A DNA stretch of 64,000 nucleotides from an uncultured Bdellovibrionales bacterium (GCA_964609855.1 CAZSTB010000005.1:1467-65466), one strand, 5' to 3'. Shown: positions 46,855 to 57,074, counted from the first letter of the stretch. The notes: generated by a model from the letters alone, not told the origin. Translations and numbers: made by a program.

Positions 46855-48717
46855 ATGAAAGCAAACGAACTGAGAACAAAATATTTTAAATTTTTTGAAT
46901 CAAAGGGTCATACGATTGTTCCTTCTGCGAAGCTTACGCCAGAAAACGATCCGACCACACTTTTCACGGGCTCTGGAATGCAACCTATGATTCAGTATCT
47001 GCTGGGTGAAAAGCATCCGCTTGGGACAAGATTGGTTGATTCGCAAAAATGCTTCCGCGCTCAGGACATCGAAGAAGTCGGCGACAATCGTCACACCACT
47101 TTTTTCGAGATGCTTGGGAACTGGTCTTTTGGAGACTACTTCAAAAAAGAGCAAGTTGCTTGGATGTTTGAATTTTTGACCAATGAAATCGGACTTGATC
47201 CTCAAAAACTTTTCATCACGGTTTTTCGCGGAAATGATGAGCTTGGAATTTCCCGAGACACCGAGGCTGTGAATTTTTGGAAAGAAAAATTCGCGGAAGT
47301 TGGGATCGAGGCCAAGGATGTTGATTTTTCTGAAAGGGATGGAATGCAGGGAGGAAAGATTTTCTACTATGAAGAAAAGAAGAATTGGTGGAGCAGGGCA
47401 GGTGTGCCGGACAATATGCCAGTCGGCGAGCCAGGCGGACCGGACAGCGAGATGTTTTGGGATTTTGGCGCAGAACTTGGATTGCACGAGAAATCGGAAT
47501 TCAAAGAGTTGCCGTGCCATGTGAACTGTGACTGCGGACGCTTTTTGGAAATCGGAAACAATGTTTTCATGCAATACATCAAAACCGACAAAGGTTTTGA
47601 GCAGCTTCCGAAAGGGAACATTGATTTCGGAGGAGGGTTGGAAAGAATGGTGGCGGTCAGTGAAAACACCCCTGACATTTTCCTGACTGATCTTTTTTCG
47701 GCAATCATTAAAAAAATTGAAGAGCTGTCAGAGAAAAAATATGGCGAAACTGAAGATGTAACAAAATCATTCAGAATCATCTGCGACCATTTGAAAGCTG
47801 GCACATTTTTGATCGGCGACGGGGTTATCCCATCTAATACTGGAGCTGGTTATGTTTTGAGACGACTTATCCGTCGCGCAGTTCGCTACGGAAAACTGAT
47901 CGGAATTGAAAAAGATTTTTCAGTGAGTGTGGCTGAGATTGTGATTCAGATGTATGGCGAACAATATCCGGAGTTGAGCAAGAAACGTTCAGAGATTTTT
48001 GCAGAATTGAAAAAAGAAGAAGAGAAATTTAGGAAGACTATTGAGAATGGACTTAGACAATTCAATAAATTATCAGAAGGGAACATTTCGGGAAAGGATG
48101 CTTTCGATCTTTATCAAACGTATGGTTTCCCTTTTGAGCTTACGGTTGAATTGGCGAATGAGAAAAAAATATCCGTGGACGAAGTGGAATTCAATGAAGA
48201 GCTGAAAAAACACCAAGAACTTTCCAGAACTGCCTCAGCAGGAATGTTCAAGGGAGGACTGCAAGATGTTAGCGAGGAAACCACTAAACTTCATACAGCT
48301 GCTCATTTGATGCTGGCAGCACTTCGCACGGTTTTGGGTGATCATGTTTCTCAGAAAGGTTCAAACATCACATCTGAACGACTTAGATTCGATTTTTCTC
48401 ATGGCGAAAAGATGACCGATAATCAGAAAAAAGAGGTTGAAAAATTGGTAAACGAAGCTATTGTTGCTGATGCGACTGTCAAAAAGGAGGAAATGACGCT
48501 TGATGAAGCCAAAAAAGCCGGCGCAATGGGCGCTTTTGAGTCAAAATATGGCGAAAAAGTGACCGTGTATACCGCTGAAAAAGATGGGGTGCTGTTCAGT
48601 AAAGAAATATGTGGTGGACCGCATGTTGAGCATACTGGAGCCCTAGGACGCTTCAAGATACAGAAAGAAGAGGCCTCGTCAGCCGGAGTAAGGAGGATTA
48701 AGGCTGTTTTGGAATAA
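46855..48717 (+). CDS. alaS: Alanyl-tRNA synthetase, short form (no C-Ala domain)
   Basis: LFT.SGMQP, HTTFFEMLGNWS.GDYFK, YVLRRLIRR, HTAAH, EICGGPH. Confidence 0.96.
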   Translation: MKANELRTKYFKFFESKGHTIVPSAKLTPENDPTTLFTGSGMQPMIQYLLGEKHPLGTRLVDSQKCFRAQDIEEVGDNRHTTFFEMLGNWSFGDYFKKEQVAWMFEFLTNEIGLDPQKLFITVFRGNDELGISRDTEAVNFWKEKFAEVGIEAKDVDFSERDGMQGGKIFYYEEKKNWWSRAGVPDNMPVGEPGGPDSEMFWDFGAELGLHEKSEFKELPCHVNCDCGRFLEIGNNVFMQYIKTDKGFEQLPKGNIDFGGGLERMVAVSENTPDIFLTDLFSAIIKKIEELSEKKYGETEDVTKSFRIICDHLKAGTFLIGDGVIPSNTGAGYVLRRLIRRAVRYGKLIGIEKDFSVSVAEIVIQMYGEQYPELSKKRSEIFAELKKEEEKFRKTIENGLRQFNKLSEGNISGKDAFDLYQTYGFPFELTVELANEKKISVDEVEFNEELKKHQELSRTASAGMFKGGLQDVSEETTKLHTAAHLMLAALRTVLGDHVSQKGSNITSERLRFDFSHGEKMTDNQKKEVEKLVNEAIVADATVKKEEMTLDEAKKAGAMGAFESKYGEKVTVYTAEKDGVLFSKEICGGPHVEHTGALGRFKIQKEEASSAGVRRIKAVLE

Positions 48718-48726
48718 AAGGCTCAA

Positions 48727-48838
48727 AATAACCAATTTTCAATAATCAATTCTCAATTCACAATGAATTTTCAATTTTCAATTTTTTAATTGCAAATTCT
48801 GGTTTTATTGAAAATTGTGAATTGAAAATTGGAAATTC
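48727..48838. repeat. Inverted heptamer array (TTTTCAA / TTGAAAA), gene-less
   Basis: CAATTTTCAATAATCAATTCTCAATTCACAAT ... TTGAAAATTGTGAATTGAAAATTGGAAATT. Confidence 0.78.
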
Positions 48839-48916
48839 TGGCAAAATGCCTTTGTACTTGACTTTATTTGCCAGTTTAGGTATACTTATTTAGTAACAAT
48901 TATCTATATTAATGAC

Positions 48917-49225
48917 ATGTTGGCAATTATTAAAACCGGTGGAAAGCAATACAAAGTTGCTGTTGGTGACAAGATTAAGATTGAAAAGCTTGAAGGAGAA
49001 GCTGGATCAGTAATTTCTTTTGAAGAAGTACTTTTCGTTGGAGATGACAAAGATGTAAAAATCGGAACTCCTTTAGTTGCTGGTGCAATCGTTGAAGGAA
49101 CTTTGGTTGAACAGGGACGTCATAAGAAAGTTTGGGGAATTAAGCATAAGCCAAAGAAAAGATATAAAGTTAAGTTTGGTCACAAACAACTTTTCACTGA
49201 GGTGGAAATTACAAAGATTGCGTAA
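48917..49225 (+). CDS. rplU: 50S ribosomal protein L21
   Basis: AIIKTGGKQYKV, G.P.V.GA, GHKQ. Confidence 0.97.
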   Translation: MLAIIKTGGKQYKVAVGDKIKIEKLEGEAGSVISFEEVLFVGDDKDVKIGTPLVAGAIVEGTLVEQGRHKKVWGIKHKPKKRYKVKFGHKQLFTEVEITKIA

Positions 49226-49373
49226 GACACCATACAATATATACAATTTGAAAACCGAGGCGAAAGCTTCGGTTTTTTGTTGTCTGAAAATTAAAAATCC
49301 CCGCTCGAAACTACGAGAGGGGAATAATAGAAGAGATTCAACTGCAGCCCTTTTTGTTGAGATTTGTGTACAC

Positions 49374-49736
49374 CTAAGCTAAGGCTTTCAGATTGTTTTT
49401 AGCGATACTTGAAAGACCTTTCCTGATTTCTTCAGAGGTGGGACTTTTGAGTGTGCTCTTTTTCAAATAATATTCCGCCGCTTGACCAATTCTGCCATGC
49501 ATTTCTCTTGCAAAACGGCGCATCGCAATCAGGATTTCTTCCCTGGTTATGTTGCCTGTCGTTTCAATAGTGACATCTTTTATCTCACTTTCGAAAGTAG
49601 CATCATCATCTTTGCATTCGAATGAGGCGCGAACAAATGCCCCATCGATAACAGTTGAAAACATCCCAGCTGCAACCTGATGAATCGCTCTGTGTTTGTC
49701 TCCGATCAGAATTTTCAATGAAAGTAGTTCGGTCAT
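49374..49736 (-). CDS. Hypothetical protein
   Basis: 120-aa ORF with GGAG SD, downstream of the FabZ-like gene. Confidence 0.6.
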   Translation of the reverse strand: MTELLSLKILIGDKHRAIHQVAAGMFSTVIDGAFVRASFECKDDDATFESEIKDVTIETTGNITREEILIAMRRFAREMHGRIGQAAEYYLKKSTLKSPTSEEIRKGLSSIAKNNLKALA

Positions 49737-49745
49737 TTCTGTCTC

Positions 49746-50270
49746 CTAGATCTTGGGTTGGGATGAGAACTCTGTCTGATGCTGTTGAATGTGATTGAAA
49801 TGCAATTCTGTCGGATCAGTTGCGTACCCTTTTATTTGTGCAGCTTCAAAAACAAACTTCCCTTTTTCGTTAATAATTTTTCCAGAAAAAGCGTATAGGG
49901 GGTGTCTAAATTCAGTTATTTCCACTGAGGCTGAAAAGCGTTCGCCTATTTTTATAGATTGTGTAATTTTTATGCCATCAAGACTTACGACTTGCGGCAG
50001 TTTACCATTAAGTATGCTTCGAAATTGCATGTGGGCATGTAGCGCACAAAGCTGACTTAGTATTTCAATCAATACAACCGCTGGAATTACTTTGCTCGTC
50101 CTGAAATGTCCGAGTGTCAGTAAATTGAATTTGGAGAGCTTTGTCATCGTCGATGTCTGCATGCGGTCGTGTGAGGCGTACGGAATAAGGTTACATGGCC
50201 ATCTGTGTGTAAGAATTTTTCTTACATCCGCTTTTTCAACAACGATTACGTCATTGCATAAAAATTTCAT
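49746..50270 (-). CDS. FabZ/FabA-like hotdog-fold dehydratase (divergent)
   Basis: ILTHRWP, GHF....IPAVVLIE..SQ; AGGAGG SD. Confidence 0.7.
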   Translation of the reverse strand: MKFLCNDVIVVEKADVRKILTHRWPCNLIPYASHDRMQTSTMTKLSKFNLLTLGHFRTSKVIPAVVLIEILSQLCALHAHMQFRSILNGKLPQVVSLDGIKITQSIKIGERFSASVEITEFRHPLYAFSGKIINEKGKFVFEAAQIKGYATDPTELHFNHIQQHQTEFSSQPKI

Positions 50271-50323
50271 CTCTCCTCCTAATTTCCTTATTTTAATGAA
50301 CTATTCGTCATTGCATCTGTAAA

Positions 50324-50911
50324 CTATAACAATTCTTTTCGATTTGTCAAAGCTTCCGAGAGAGTGAGTTCATCGGCATATTCAAGATCGGCACCTGTTG
50401 AAAGTCCGCGGCCAAGGCGCGTGATTTTAACATTCAGCGGCAGAAGTTTTCTTTTAAGATAAAGGGATGTTGCGTCTCCCTCAGTTGTTGGATTGGTGGC
50501 TAAGATAACTTCTTTGATTTCTTCTTTTTCGATGCGACTGAGCAATTCAGGAATTTTAAGATCGGTGCCACTATCACCAACTTGAATAACGCCGCCAAGA
50601 ACATGGTACAAGCCATTATAAACTTTGGTGCGTTCTAGGGAAATGATATCCAACGGTTCCTCGACAACACAAATTGAATGTTGGTCGCGATCTTTGCTTT
50701 TGCAGTACTCGCAAAGTTCTGCCTCTGCAATATTGAAACATTTATGACAGATTCGCATGTTTTTTATTTCCAACAAGTTTTCTGCAAAATCTCGAATTTT
50801 TTCGATATCCTGCTTGAAAAGAAAAAGCACAAGGCGTTCGGCCATTTTGGGACCGACTGATGGAAGGGAAGAGAGATTTTTGATTAGTTTTTGAAAAGCC
50901 TTGGGATACAT
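50324..50911 (-). CDS. recR: Recombination mediator RecR
   Basis: LPSVGPKMAERL, C4 zinc finger, YHVLGG, ATNPTTEGDAT, LEYADE.TL. Confidence 0.97.
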   Translation of the reverse strand: MYPKAFQKLIKNLSSLPSVGPKMAERLVLFLFKQDIEKIRDFAENLLEIKNMRICHKCFNIAEAELCEYCKSKDRDQHSICVVEEPLDIISLERTKVYNGLYHVLGGVIQVGDSGTDLKIPELLSRIEKEEIKEVILATNPTTEGDATSLYLKRKLLPLNVKITRLGRGLSTGADLEYADELTLSEALTNRKELL

Positions 50912-50916
50912 ATGGG

Positions 50917-51004
50917 GCAGCTTATTAGGTTTTTAGCTTCTTAGCTTTTTAGGAATAACTTAGTACTTTGCTGAAAAGCTAAGAAGCTACTGCCTGAAAA
51001 GCTG
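50917..51004. repeat. Inverted 9-mer-type array (TTAGCTT / AAGCTAA), gene-less
   Basis: TTTTAGCTTCTTAGCTTTTTAG ... CTGAAAAGCTAAGAAGCTA. Confidence 0.7.
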
Positions 51005-51010
51005 TTAAAA

Positions 51011-52414
51011 TTATTGCAGGTTTTCAGTGTGGATTCTTTCAAGTGATCTGAAAGAAGCGCTGTTTTCCTGGAAGAAGGCGTTTACTTCACCTACTGGTCC
51101 GTTACGATGTTTAGCGATAATAATTTTTACGATACCTTTATTTGGAGTATCAGGTTTTTCGCGGTCTTCTCTGTATAGGAAAAGTACGACGTCAGCATCC
51201 TGCTCAATCGAACCGGATTCGCGAAGATCGGACAGTTTAGGAATTTGAGGAGAACGAGCTTCCACTGCGCGAGAAAGCTGCGAAAGGGCAAGGATTGGAA
51301 TGTTGAGTTCGCGAGCTAGATTTTTAAGTCCGCGAGAAATTTCAGAAATTTCCTGCACGCGATTGTCTCCGCCGCGTCCTTCCATAAGCTGTAAGTAGTC
51401 GATAACAATAAGCCCGAGATTATGTTCAGCTTGAAGTCGCCGCGCCATGGTACGCATTTCCATGATGTTGGCACTGGCCGTATCATCAATAAATAATTTC
51501 GCTTCGGAAAGAATACCCATCGCTTCACCGATTCTTTGAAAGTCATTATTTTCACCTTCACTTTTTAGTCGTCCGGTTCTTAGTCGCCAAAGATCAACAT
51601 TGGCTTCCGCTGCAAGCATACGGTCGACAAGCTGATCGGCACCCATTTCTAATGAGAACATAGCCACAGCAGCATTTTCACGCACCGCCACATGTCTGGC
51701 GATATCCAGAGCAAAGGAAGTTTTACCGACAGAAGGTCGCGCCGCCAAAATTAAAAGATCGGATTTTTGAAGACCTGCAAGAATATTATCCAAATCAATA
51801 AAGCCGGTCGGGATACCACGGAATTTGTTGCCATCGCGATGAAGTTCATCAATACGATTGAAAGCGGATTCCAAAATATTTCTAATCGGAATAAAGTCCT
51901 GTTTTATATATTTTTGTGAAACGGCAAAAAGTTTTTGTTCCGCTTCATCGAGAATTTTTTCAACGTCATCTCCTTCGCGAAACCCTGCCTCAATGATATC
52001 TGTGGCGGCAAAAATAAGTCTTCGCAGCAAAGCTTTTTTCTGAACTACTTTGGCATAATGCACGATGTGCGAAGCTGAGGGAACAGTTCCAACAAGGGAA
52101 GCGAGATAGCTAGAGCCCCCAACTTTTTCCAATTGCTTTTGCTCATCTAGTTTATTGGAAATACTTAGCACGTCCAGAGGTTCTCTTTCTTCATAGAGGG
52201 AAAGCATCGCTTCATAAATCGTATTATGGGCATCTTTATAGAAATCCCCAGCTTTCAAGAGATCGGCAACCTTTATAACCGCATCTTTTTCCAGCATCAA
52301 AGAACCCAAAACTGATTGTTCAGCTTCCATGTTATGAGGCGGGGTTCGCAAATTGTCTACATTTACTGTTGTAGGTTGCGGCTTGGGTTTGAAATTGTGA
52401 AAATCTTTTGCCAT
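51011..52414 (-). CDS. dnaB: Replicative DNA helicase
   Basis: PPHN.EAEQSVLG, AARPSVGKT, IDYLQL, LSQLSR, LSDLRESGSIEQDAD, KHRNGP. Confidence 0.98.
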   Translation of the reverse strand: MAKDFHNFKPKPQPTTVNVDNLRTPPHNMEAEQSVLGSLMLEKDAVIKVADLLKAGDFYKDAHNTIYEAMLSLYEEREPLDVLSISNKLDEQKQLEKVGGSSYLASLVGTVPSASHIVHYAKVVQKKALLRRLIFAATDIIEAGFREGDDVEKILDEAEQKLFAVSQKYIKQDFIPIRNILESAFNRIDELHRDGNKFRGIPTGFIDLDNILAGLQKSDLLILAARPSVGKTSFALDIARHVAVRENAAVAMFSLEMGADQLVDRMLAAEANVDLWRLRTGRLKSEGENNDFQRIGEAMGILSEAKLFIDDTASANIMEMRTMARRLQAEHNLGLIVIDYLQLMEGRGGDNRVQEISEISRGLKNLARELNIPILALSQLSRAVEARSPQIPKLSDLRESGSIEQDADVVLFLYREDREKPDTPNKGIVKIIIAKHRNGPVGEVNAFFQENSASFRSLERIHTENLQ

Positions 52415-52816
52415 ATTAAAAAGGTTTTAGCATCCAGTTAGCAGCTGTTAGCTTTAAAAAATCATATTTATCCGAAAGCTAAAAGTCGAAAGCTTAAAGC
52501 TAATATATTATAGCAACTGTGCAGGGGTTAGCAACCATGGAAAGCTGGCATTTGTGCACGATTTGCGCACATATTGACAAAATAATAAAAAAATAGCAAT
52601 ACGATGTTCCTTAAGGTAATATTTCAAATTTTTCAGCACGAAACATTTTTTCAAAAAAGGGGATATCTTGAAGCAGAAGTTACTGAGAAACTAGCAATTC
52701 AGTAACATTAAGAAAAAGGATCATATGCAATCTTACTGGACTAGATTTAGAATATTTATAAATTGCATGAAAATGGATTGAATTTGCAACACCAGATCAA
52801 ATAATTTATTCCACTT

Positions 52817-52887
52817 TGTCATCCTCAGCTTGACTGGGGATCCAGAGCCCTGCCTAGCCCTGGATTCTCGTTTACACGGGAATGACA
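52817..52887. repeat. GTCAT..ATGAC REP/RPE-like palindrome
   Basis: TGTCATCCTCAGCTTGACTGGGGATCC...GGATTCTCGTTTACACGGGAATGACA. Confidence 0.8.
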
Positions 52888-53178
52888 TAGGAGGTTATTT
52901 GATTTTGCAAGGTTTGGATATGGCTAACGAAAGAAGCTTGGAACGTTTTGATAATTACTTTTCTTAAATTTTATTTGAGCATACGATTATCTGAAAAACT
53001 TAACCAAAATGAATCCCTACAGCCATATTGCGTATGATTCTAAAAGGCAGGAGTCGTAACTGATGACTCCTGCCTTCTAATTTATCGTGTTGACTCATTG
53101 ATTTAAAGAAGATAAACTAAAAATCATTGATAGTTGTTTACCAATCTATCGGCATTTGCCGAAAAAGGAGCGTGTGAA

Positions 53179-53772
53179 GTGGGGATTACTTATGGAAAAT
53201 GTATTTTTTTTATCTGGTACAGGGGCTTTATTGCCTCATGTCTTCGATTCATGGTGTTGACTATGATTTTGGGTTTCATTGCAATTTGTTTTTTTCTTTG
53301 GTATTGTCCTTCCCCTGAAAGCTTGGGGTATTCCGATATCAAGCAAGAGGATTCCTTTTTATATGTTCCTCGTTTCATATCGGATGGGGCTCAATTGCAA
53401 CAAGGGTATTATCTTGCAAAAGTTGATTGCACCAAAGAGGCATTCCACGTCTATTCGCTAGACTGCTACATATTGAATCTAAATACTTCACTTGTAACAG
53501 ATGGTCTTCAGATGGAATACAAGGCGAAAAGAACGCCAGAAAGTACGGATTATTATATTTATGAATATCTGATAAAAAATGAGATAATTAGCGATGCCAT
53601 TCTCAAGCGACCGATGTCTGTGGCATTCCAAGATGGAAAAGCATTTGTCAGTTATGAATATCGAAGACAGAATTCCAGGATTGGCTTTGCAGTTTTATAT
53701 TGCGCCATGATTATTCTTTCTTTGCTTATCCCGTATCTTTTGATTGCAGATTGGATAAAAGGAAGAAGATGA
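53179..53772 (+). CDS. Hypothetical membrane protein (N- and C-terminal TM)
   Basis: TTGACT-17-TAAACT promoter at 53090-53118, AAGGAG SD 8 nt before GTG 53179, terminator near 53795-53832. Confidence 0.6.
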   Translation: MGITYGKCIFFIWYRGFIASCLRFMVLTMILGFIAICFFLWYCPSPESLGYSDIKQEDSFLYVPRFISDGAQLQQGYYLAKVDCTKEAFHVYSLDCYILNLNTSLVTDGLQMEYKAKRTPESTDYYIYEYLIKNEIISDAILKRPMSVAFQDGKAFVSYEYRRQNSRIGFAVLYCAMIILSLLIPYLLIADWIKGRR

Positions 53773-53870
53773 TGGTTTTATAGATGATTTCAGAAAAGGC
53801 GAGGGCTGTAACAGCTCCCGCCTTTCTTTTTTATCATGAATCCTGAATTTCAGAATAAATTCTTGAGATA

Positions 53871-55301
53871 TTAGGAAGCTGGCTTTATCTTTGGTCCTTC
53901 GCTTGTATCTTCGACCACGAAGCCATGTTTTTCAATAAGTGCTCTGAGTTCGTCTGATTTTTTGAAATCTTTTTGATCTCTGGCAGCTTCGCGTTTTTGC
54001 ATGAGTTCTTTCACTTCTGTAGGAATTTCTGCTTGACCCTGTAGGATGAGTCCAAAGACGCTATTCATTCTGTTCCAGAGCGACAAAATTTTCTTGGCAT
54101 CCTCGGAGCTGATGTCCTCATTGGTTTGGCGAATATTGAATTCGGTTATAAGTTCATAGAGTTGACTTAATGCAAGCGGAGTGTTGAGGTCATCATCTAA
54201 GGCGCTCTCAAATTTTTCCTTGTGAGATGTGATTTCAAATTCTTTGGCGCTTGGTTTTTCTGATTTGGCTAAAATTTCTAAATTCAAAATGAAATCATTA
54301 ATTTTTTGCAAGTTCTTATGAGCTTGCATTATGGCATCCCAAGAAAAATCCATTTGAGAACGGTAATGCGATGAAAGGAATAGGACCCTCAGATCCATCG
54401 GTGAAAAACCTTTCTCAATGATGTCTTCAAGTTTGTATAAATTACCCTTGGATTTGCTCATTTTTTCTCCATTCATCAAGAGATGGCGACCATGAATCCA
54501 GAATCGGACATATTTTTTTCCGGTGAAGCATTCAGTTTGTGCAATTTCTGCTTCATGATGCGGGAAGATGTTATCTTCGCCACCAGTGTGAATATCAATG
54601 GTTGAACCGAGGTATTCCGTGCTCATGGCGCTGCATTCAATATGCCAGCCTGGATAACCGATTGACCATGGAGAATGCCATTTTAAAAGATGGGCTTCAG
54701 GCGCTTTGAGCCAAAGTGCGAAATCCCAGGGATTTCTTTTGTCTGGATGTTCTTCGAGGCGAGCTCCTACTTTTAAATTTTCCAGCGTATTGCCAGAAAG
54801 TTTTCCGTATTCTTCAAATTTGGTCACATCAAAAAATACATTGCCATTCACTTCGTAAGCGTAGCCTTTTTCAATCAGTCCTTCGATTATTTTAATCATT
54901 TGCGGAACGTGCTTGGTGGCGCGTGGGAAATATTGAGCAGGCAAAATATTCAATTGTTTTTCAACATCCTTAAAATATTCCTCATAAAATCTGGCTATTT
55001 CTTCAGGGGTCTTTTTTTCAGCTAAAGCAGCCTTAAGCATCTTATCTTCGCCAGCATCACCTTGGGCAATATCATCAGCGGTAAGATGTCCGACATCGGT
55101 AATGTTTTTGATTTGTCGAACTTCATAGCCAATGTATTCCAAATAGCGTCTTACGATATCAGAAAGTAGGTAGGCACGAATATTACCAATGTGCACAAAG
55201 CCGTAAACTGTGGGACCGCAAGTATACATCCCAACCTTACCGGGATTAAGCGACTCAAATTCTTCCTTTTGTTTGGAGTAGGTATTGTAAATCTTTAACA
55301 T
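53871..55301 (-). CDS. cysS: Cysteinyl-tRNA synthetase
   Basis: CGPTVY..HIGN, DFALW, PGWHIECSAM, FPHHE, KMSKS. Confidence 0.97.
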   Translation of the reverse strand: MLKIYNTYSKQKEEFESLNPGKVGMYTCGPTVYGFVHIGNIRAYLLSDIVRRYLEYIGYEVRQIKNITDVGHLTADDIAQGDAGEDKMLKAALAEKKTPEEIARFYEEYFKDVEKQLNILPAQYFPRATKHVPQMIKIIEGLIEKGYAYEVNGNVFFDVTKFEEYGKLSGNTLENLKVGARLEEHPDKRNPWDFALWLKAPEAHLLKWHSPWSIGYPGWHIECSAMSTEYLGSTIDIHTGGEDNIFPHHEAEIAQTECFTGKKYVRFWIHGRHLLMNGEKMSKSKGNLYKLEDIIEKGFSPMDLRVLFLSSHYRSQMDFSWDAIMQAHKNLQKINDFILNLEILAKSEKPSAKEFEITSHKEKFESALDDDLNTPLALSQLYELITEFNIRQTNEDISSEDAKKILSLWNRMNSVFGLILQGQAEIPTEVKELMQKREAARDQKDFKKSDELRALIEKHGFVVEDTSEGPKIKPAS

Positions 55302-55313
55302 AGGCGTTAGGAA

Positions 55314-55676
55314 TTAGGAGTTAGGTTGTAGGGATGAGGATAATTTATTTAGCATCCTCATTATTTCCTGTAGTAAGCAATCAATTGCTTTATACTTCAT
55401 TGGGTCAGAATAATTCAATCTTTTTGTGATTTCTATCTGCGTTTCAAGTTCTGATCCACTACCGTAAGCAATTATTAAAAAATGCCTGAATTCTTTTCTG
55501 CTGCTTCTTCTGCGGCCTTCAGCTATGTTTGAAGGGATAGAAACGGCAGCACGTCTCATTTGAGATATGATGCCATATTGTTCAGTTTTTGGAAAGTCCT
55601 CGGTTAGTTTGTATATTTCCAAGACCAAATCCATGGATTTTTGCCAAACAATTAGGTCTTTGTATGAAGTTATCAT
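55314..55676 (-). CDS. Four-helix-bundle protein (23S rRNA IVP / bAvd-like), intact
   Basis: SYKDLIVWQKS, FPK.E.YG..SQMRRAAVSIPSNIAEG, AYGS.SELETQ. Confidence 0.93.
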   Translation of the reverse strand: MITSYKDLIVWQKSMDLVLEIYKLTEDFPKTEQYGIISQMRRAAVSIPSNIAEGRRRSSRKEFRHFLIIAYGSGSELETQIEITKRLNYSDPMKYKAIDCLLQEIMRMLNKLSSSLQPNS

Positions 55677-55765
55677 GAGGATATGGAATTTGAATATTTA
55701 CTTCTAATTCTTTATGCTGGTAATAAGCTACAACCTAATTCCTACAACCTAAATCCTTATAGATA

Positions 55766-56668
55766 CTATAGCCAATTTTTGAATTTGAATATTATAAAAG
55801 TTGAAATTGCGATGGCGGCCATTGCTCCAACATGAATCCAGAAAAGTGTTGGATTATTGGAGATGCTAGCACTCATAGAGATGATGCTGGAGTACAGCGT
55901 CAAAAGAAATATGATTATTGAAAAAGTTGTCAGAACTTTCATTGTGAAATCCAGTTTGTTTGAAAGCAGGGAATTGTTAGTTTCCTCCATAGATTCAATT
56001 GTTTCTTTATTGCTTTCCAGCGCATTCCAGATGCGGATGTTTGTGCCAGCCAAGTTTTGAAAATATGGCGCAAGGTCAGATGGAATCAGCTCAGTTTTCA
56101 TTTGAGCCAAAGATTCAATGATGTGTCGTTGAGGTTTCAGAGTTCTTCTGAAATTCAAAATATCACGCTTCACAATGGAAATTTCAAAAACCATTTCTTT
56201 TTCATTTTCGTTAAAAACCTGCTCCTCAATGTTAAGAAGTTTTTCATGAATATGGTCGATTCTTGGAAAACAGGAATCAAGCAGCATTTCCAGAATGCTG
56301 TAAAGTAGATGCGATGGACTTTGACTCATGAAAATTCGCCTTTTCCCTTCACTGGCTTCCAGTTCTGCGAAAAAACTGTCCAATTCAAGTATTTCCTTAT
56401 TGTGTCCTGTAATGAGATGATCCTTGGTAATCACAATGTCTAATTCTCCTGGATAAGTCGTTCTTATTTTCGTATCGTAAAGCGGGATGTGAATTGTCAG
56501 AAAAACACAATTATTGTAAAGAGTAGCTTTTGCTCGATAGGTTGGCGTAGCAAATTCTTCGATGGCAATTGGATGGATATCAAAATTTTCCTGCAAATAA
56601 AGTACATCGTCCGCGCTAGGATCCGAAAAGTCTGTCCAGGTTATATTTTTGAATGTTACTTGTTTCAT
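55766..56668 (-). CDS. corA: CorA-family divalent cation transporter lacking the GMN signature
   Basis: CorA funnel plus two C-terminal TM (MKVLT...F...W); signature reads SMS. Confidence 0.8.
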   Translation of the reverse strand: MKQVTFKNITWTDFSDPSADDVLYLQENFDIHPIAIEEFATPTYRAKATLYNNCVFLTIHIPLYDTKIRTTYPGELDIVITKDHLITGHNKEILELDSFFAELEASEGKRRIFMSQSPSHLLYSILEMLLDSCFPRIDHIHEKLLNIEEQVFNENEKEMVFEISIVKRDILNFRRTLKPQRHIIESLAQMKTELIPSDLAPYFQNLAGTNIRIWNALESNKETIESMEETNNSLLSNKLDFTMKVLTTFSIIIFLLTLYSSIISMSASISNNPTLFWIHVGAMAAIAISTFIIFKFKNWL

Positions 56669-56810
56669 GTTTTTCTTTTTTGTTTTTTAGTTGCACGAAT
56701 CTCTTGCCTGGTAAATATTTTTGTGTCTAATTTAAAAGGCATTATTATATTAAATTATACACTAAATCGCTTGATTGACAAAGCAAGGCAATCTATGTAG
56801 ATTAATAGAT

Positions 56811-57074
56811 ATGAAAGTGATGAAATTAGCTAAAAAAATGTTCTTATTTTTGATTAAAGTCTATCAAAAAGTTTTTTCTCTTGATCATGGGATACCTTCA
56901 TTTTTTTGGGGTGGTAGGATTTGTAGATTTCATCCATCCTGCAGTCATTATATGTATCAGGCAGTTGAAAGATTTGGAATTATTAAGGGTTTCTGGCTTG
57001 GATTGAAGAGATTTTTCAGGTGCCATCCCTGGAACGATGGGGGATATGATCCGGTGCCGAAGAGCAGGAGTTAG
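56811..57074 (+). CDS. yidD: Membrane protein insertion efficiency factor
   Basis: [22 protein letters not shown]. Confidence 0.93.
   Translation: MKVMKLAKKMFLFLIKVYQKVFSLDHGIPSFFWGGRICRFHPSCSHYMYQAVERFGIIKGFWLGLKRFFRCHPWNDGGYDPVPKSRS

Noticed and set aside
46900-47804. Long antisense ORFs (224 and 145 aa) opposite alaS, and similar shadow ORFs opposite other core genes
   Set aside because: They fully overlap well-supported genes and show no motifs; codon-bias shadows
53174-53215. Phase-variable T8 frameshift at the start of the 53134-53772 ORF
   Set aside because: An in-frame GTG at 53179 has optimal SD spacing, so no frameshift is needed
15627-55676. Diversity-generating retroelement because of Avd-like genes
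   Set aside because: No reverse transcriptase and no TR/VR pair with adenine-specific mismatches was seen in the window
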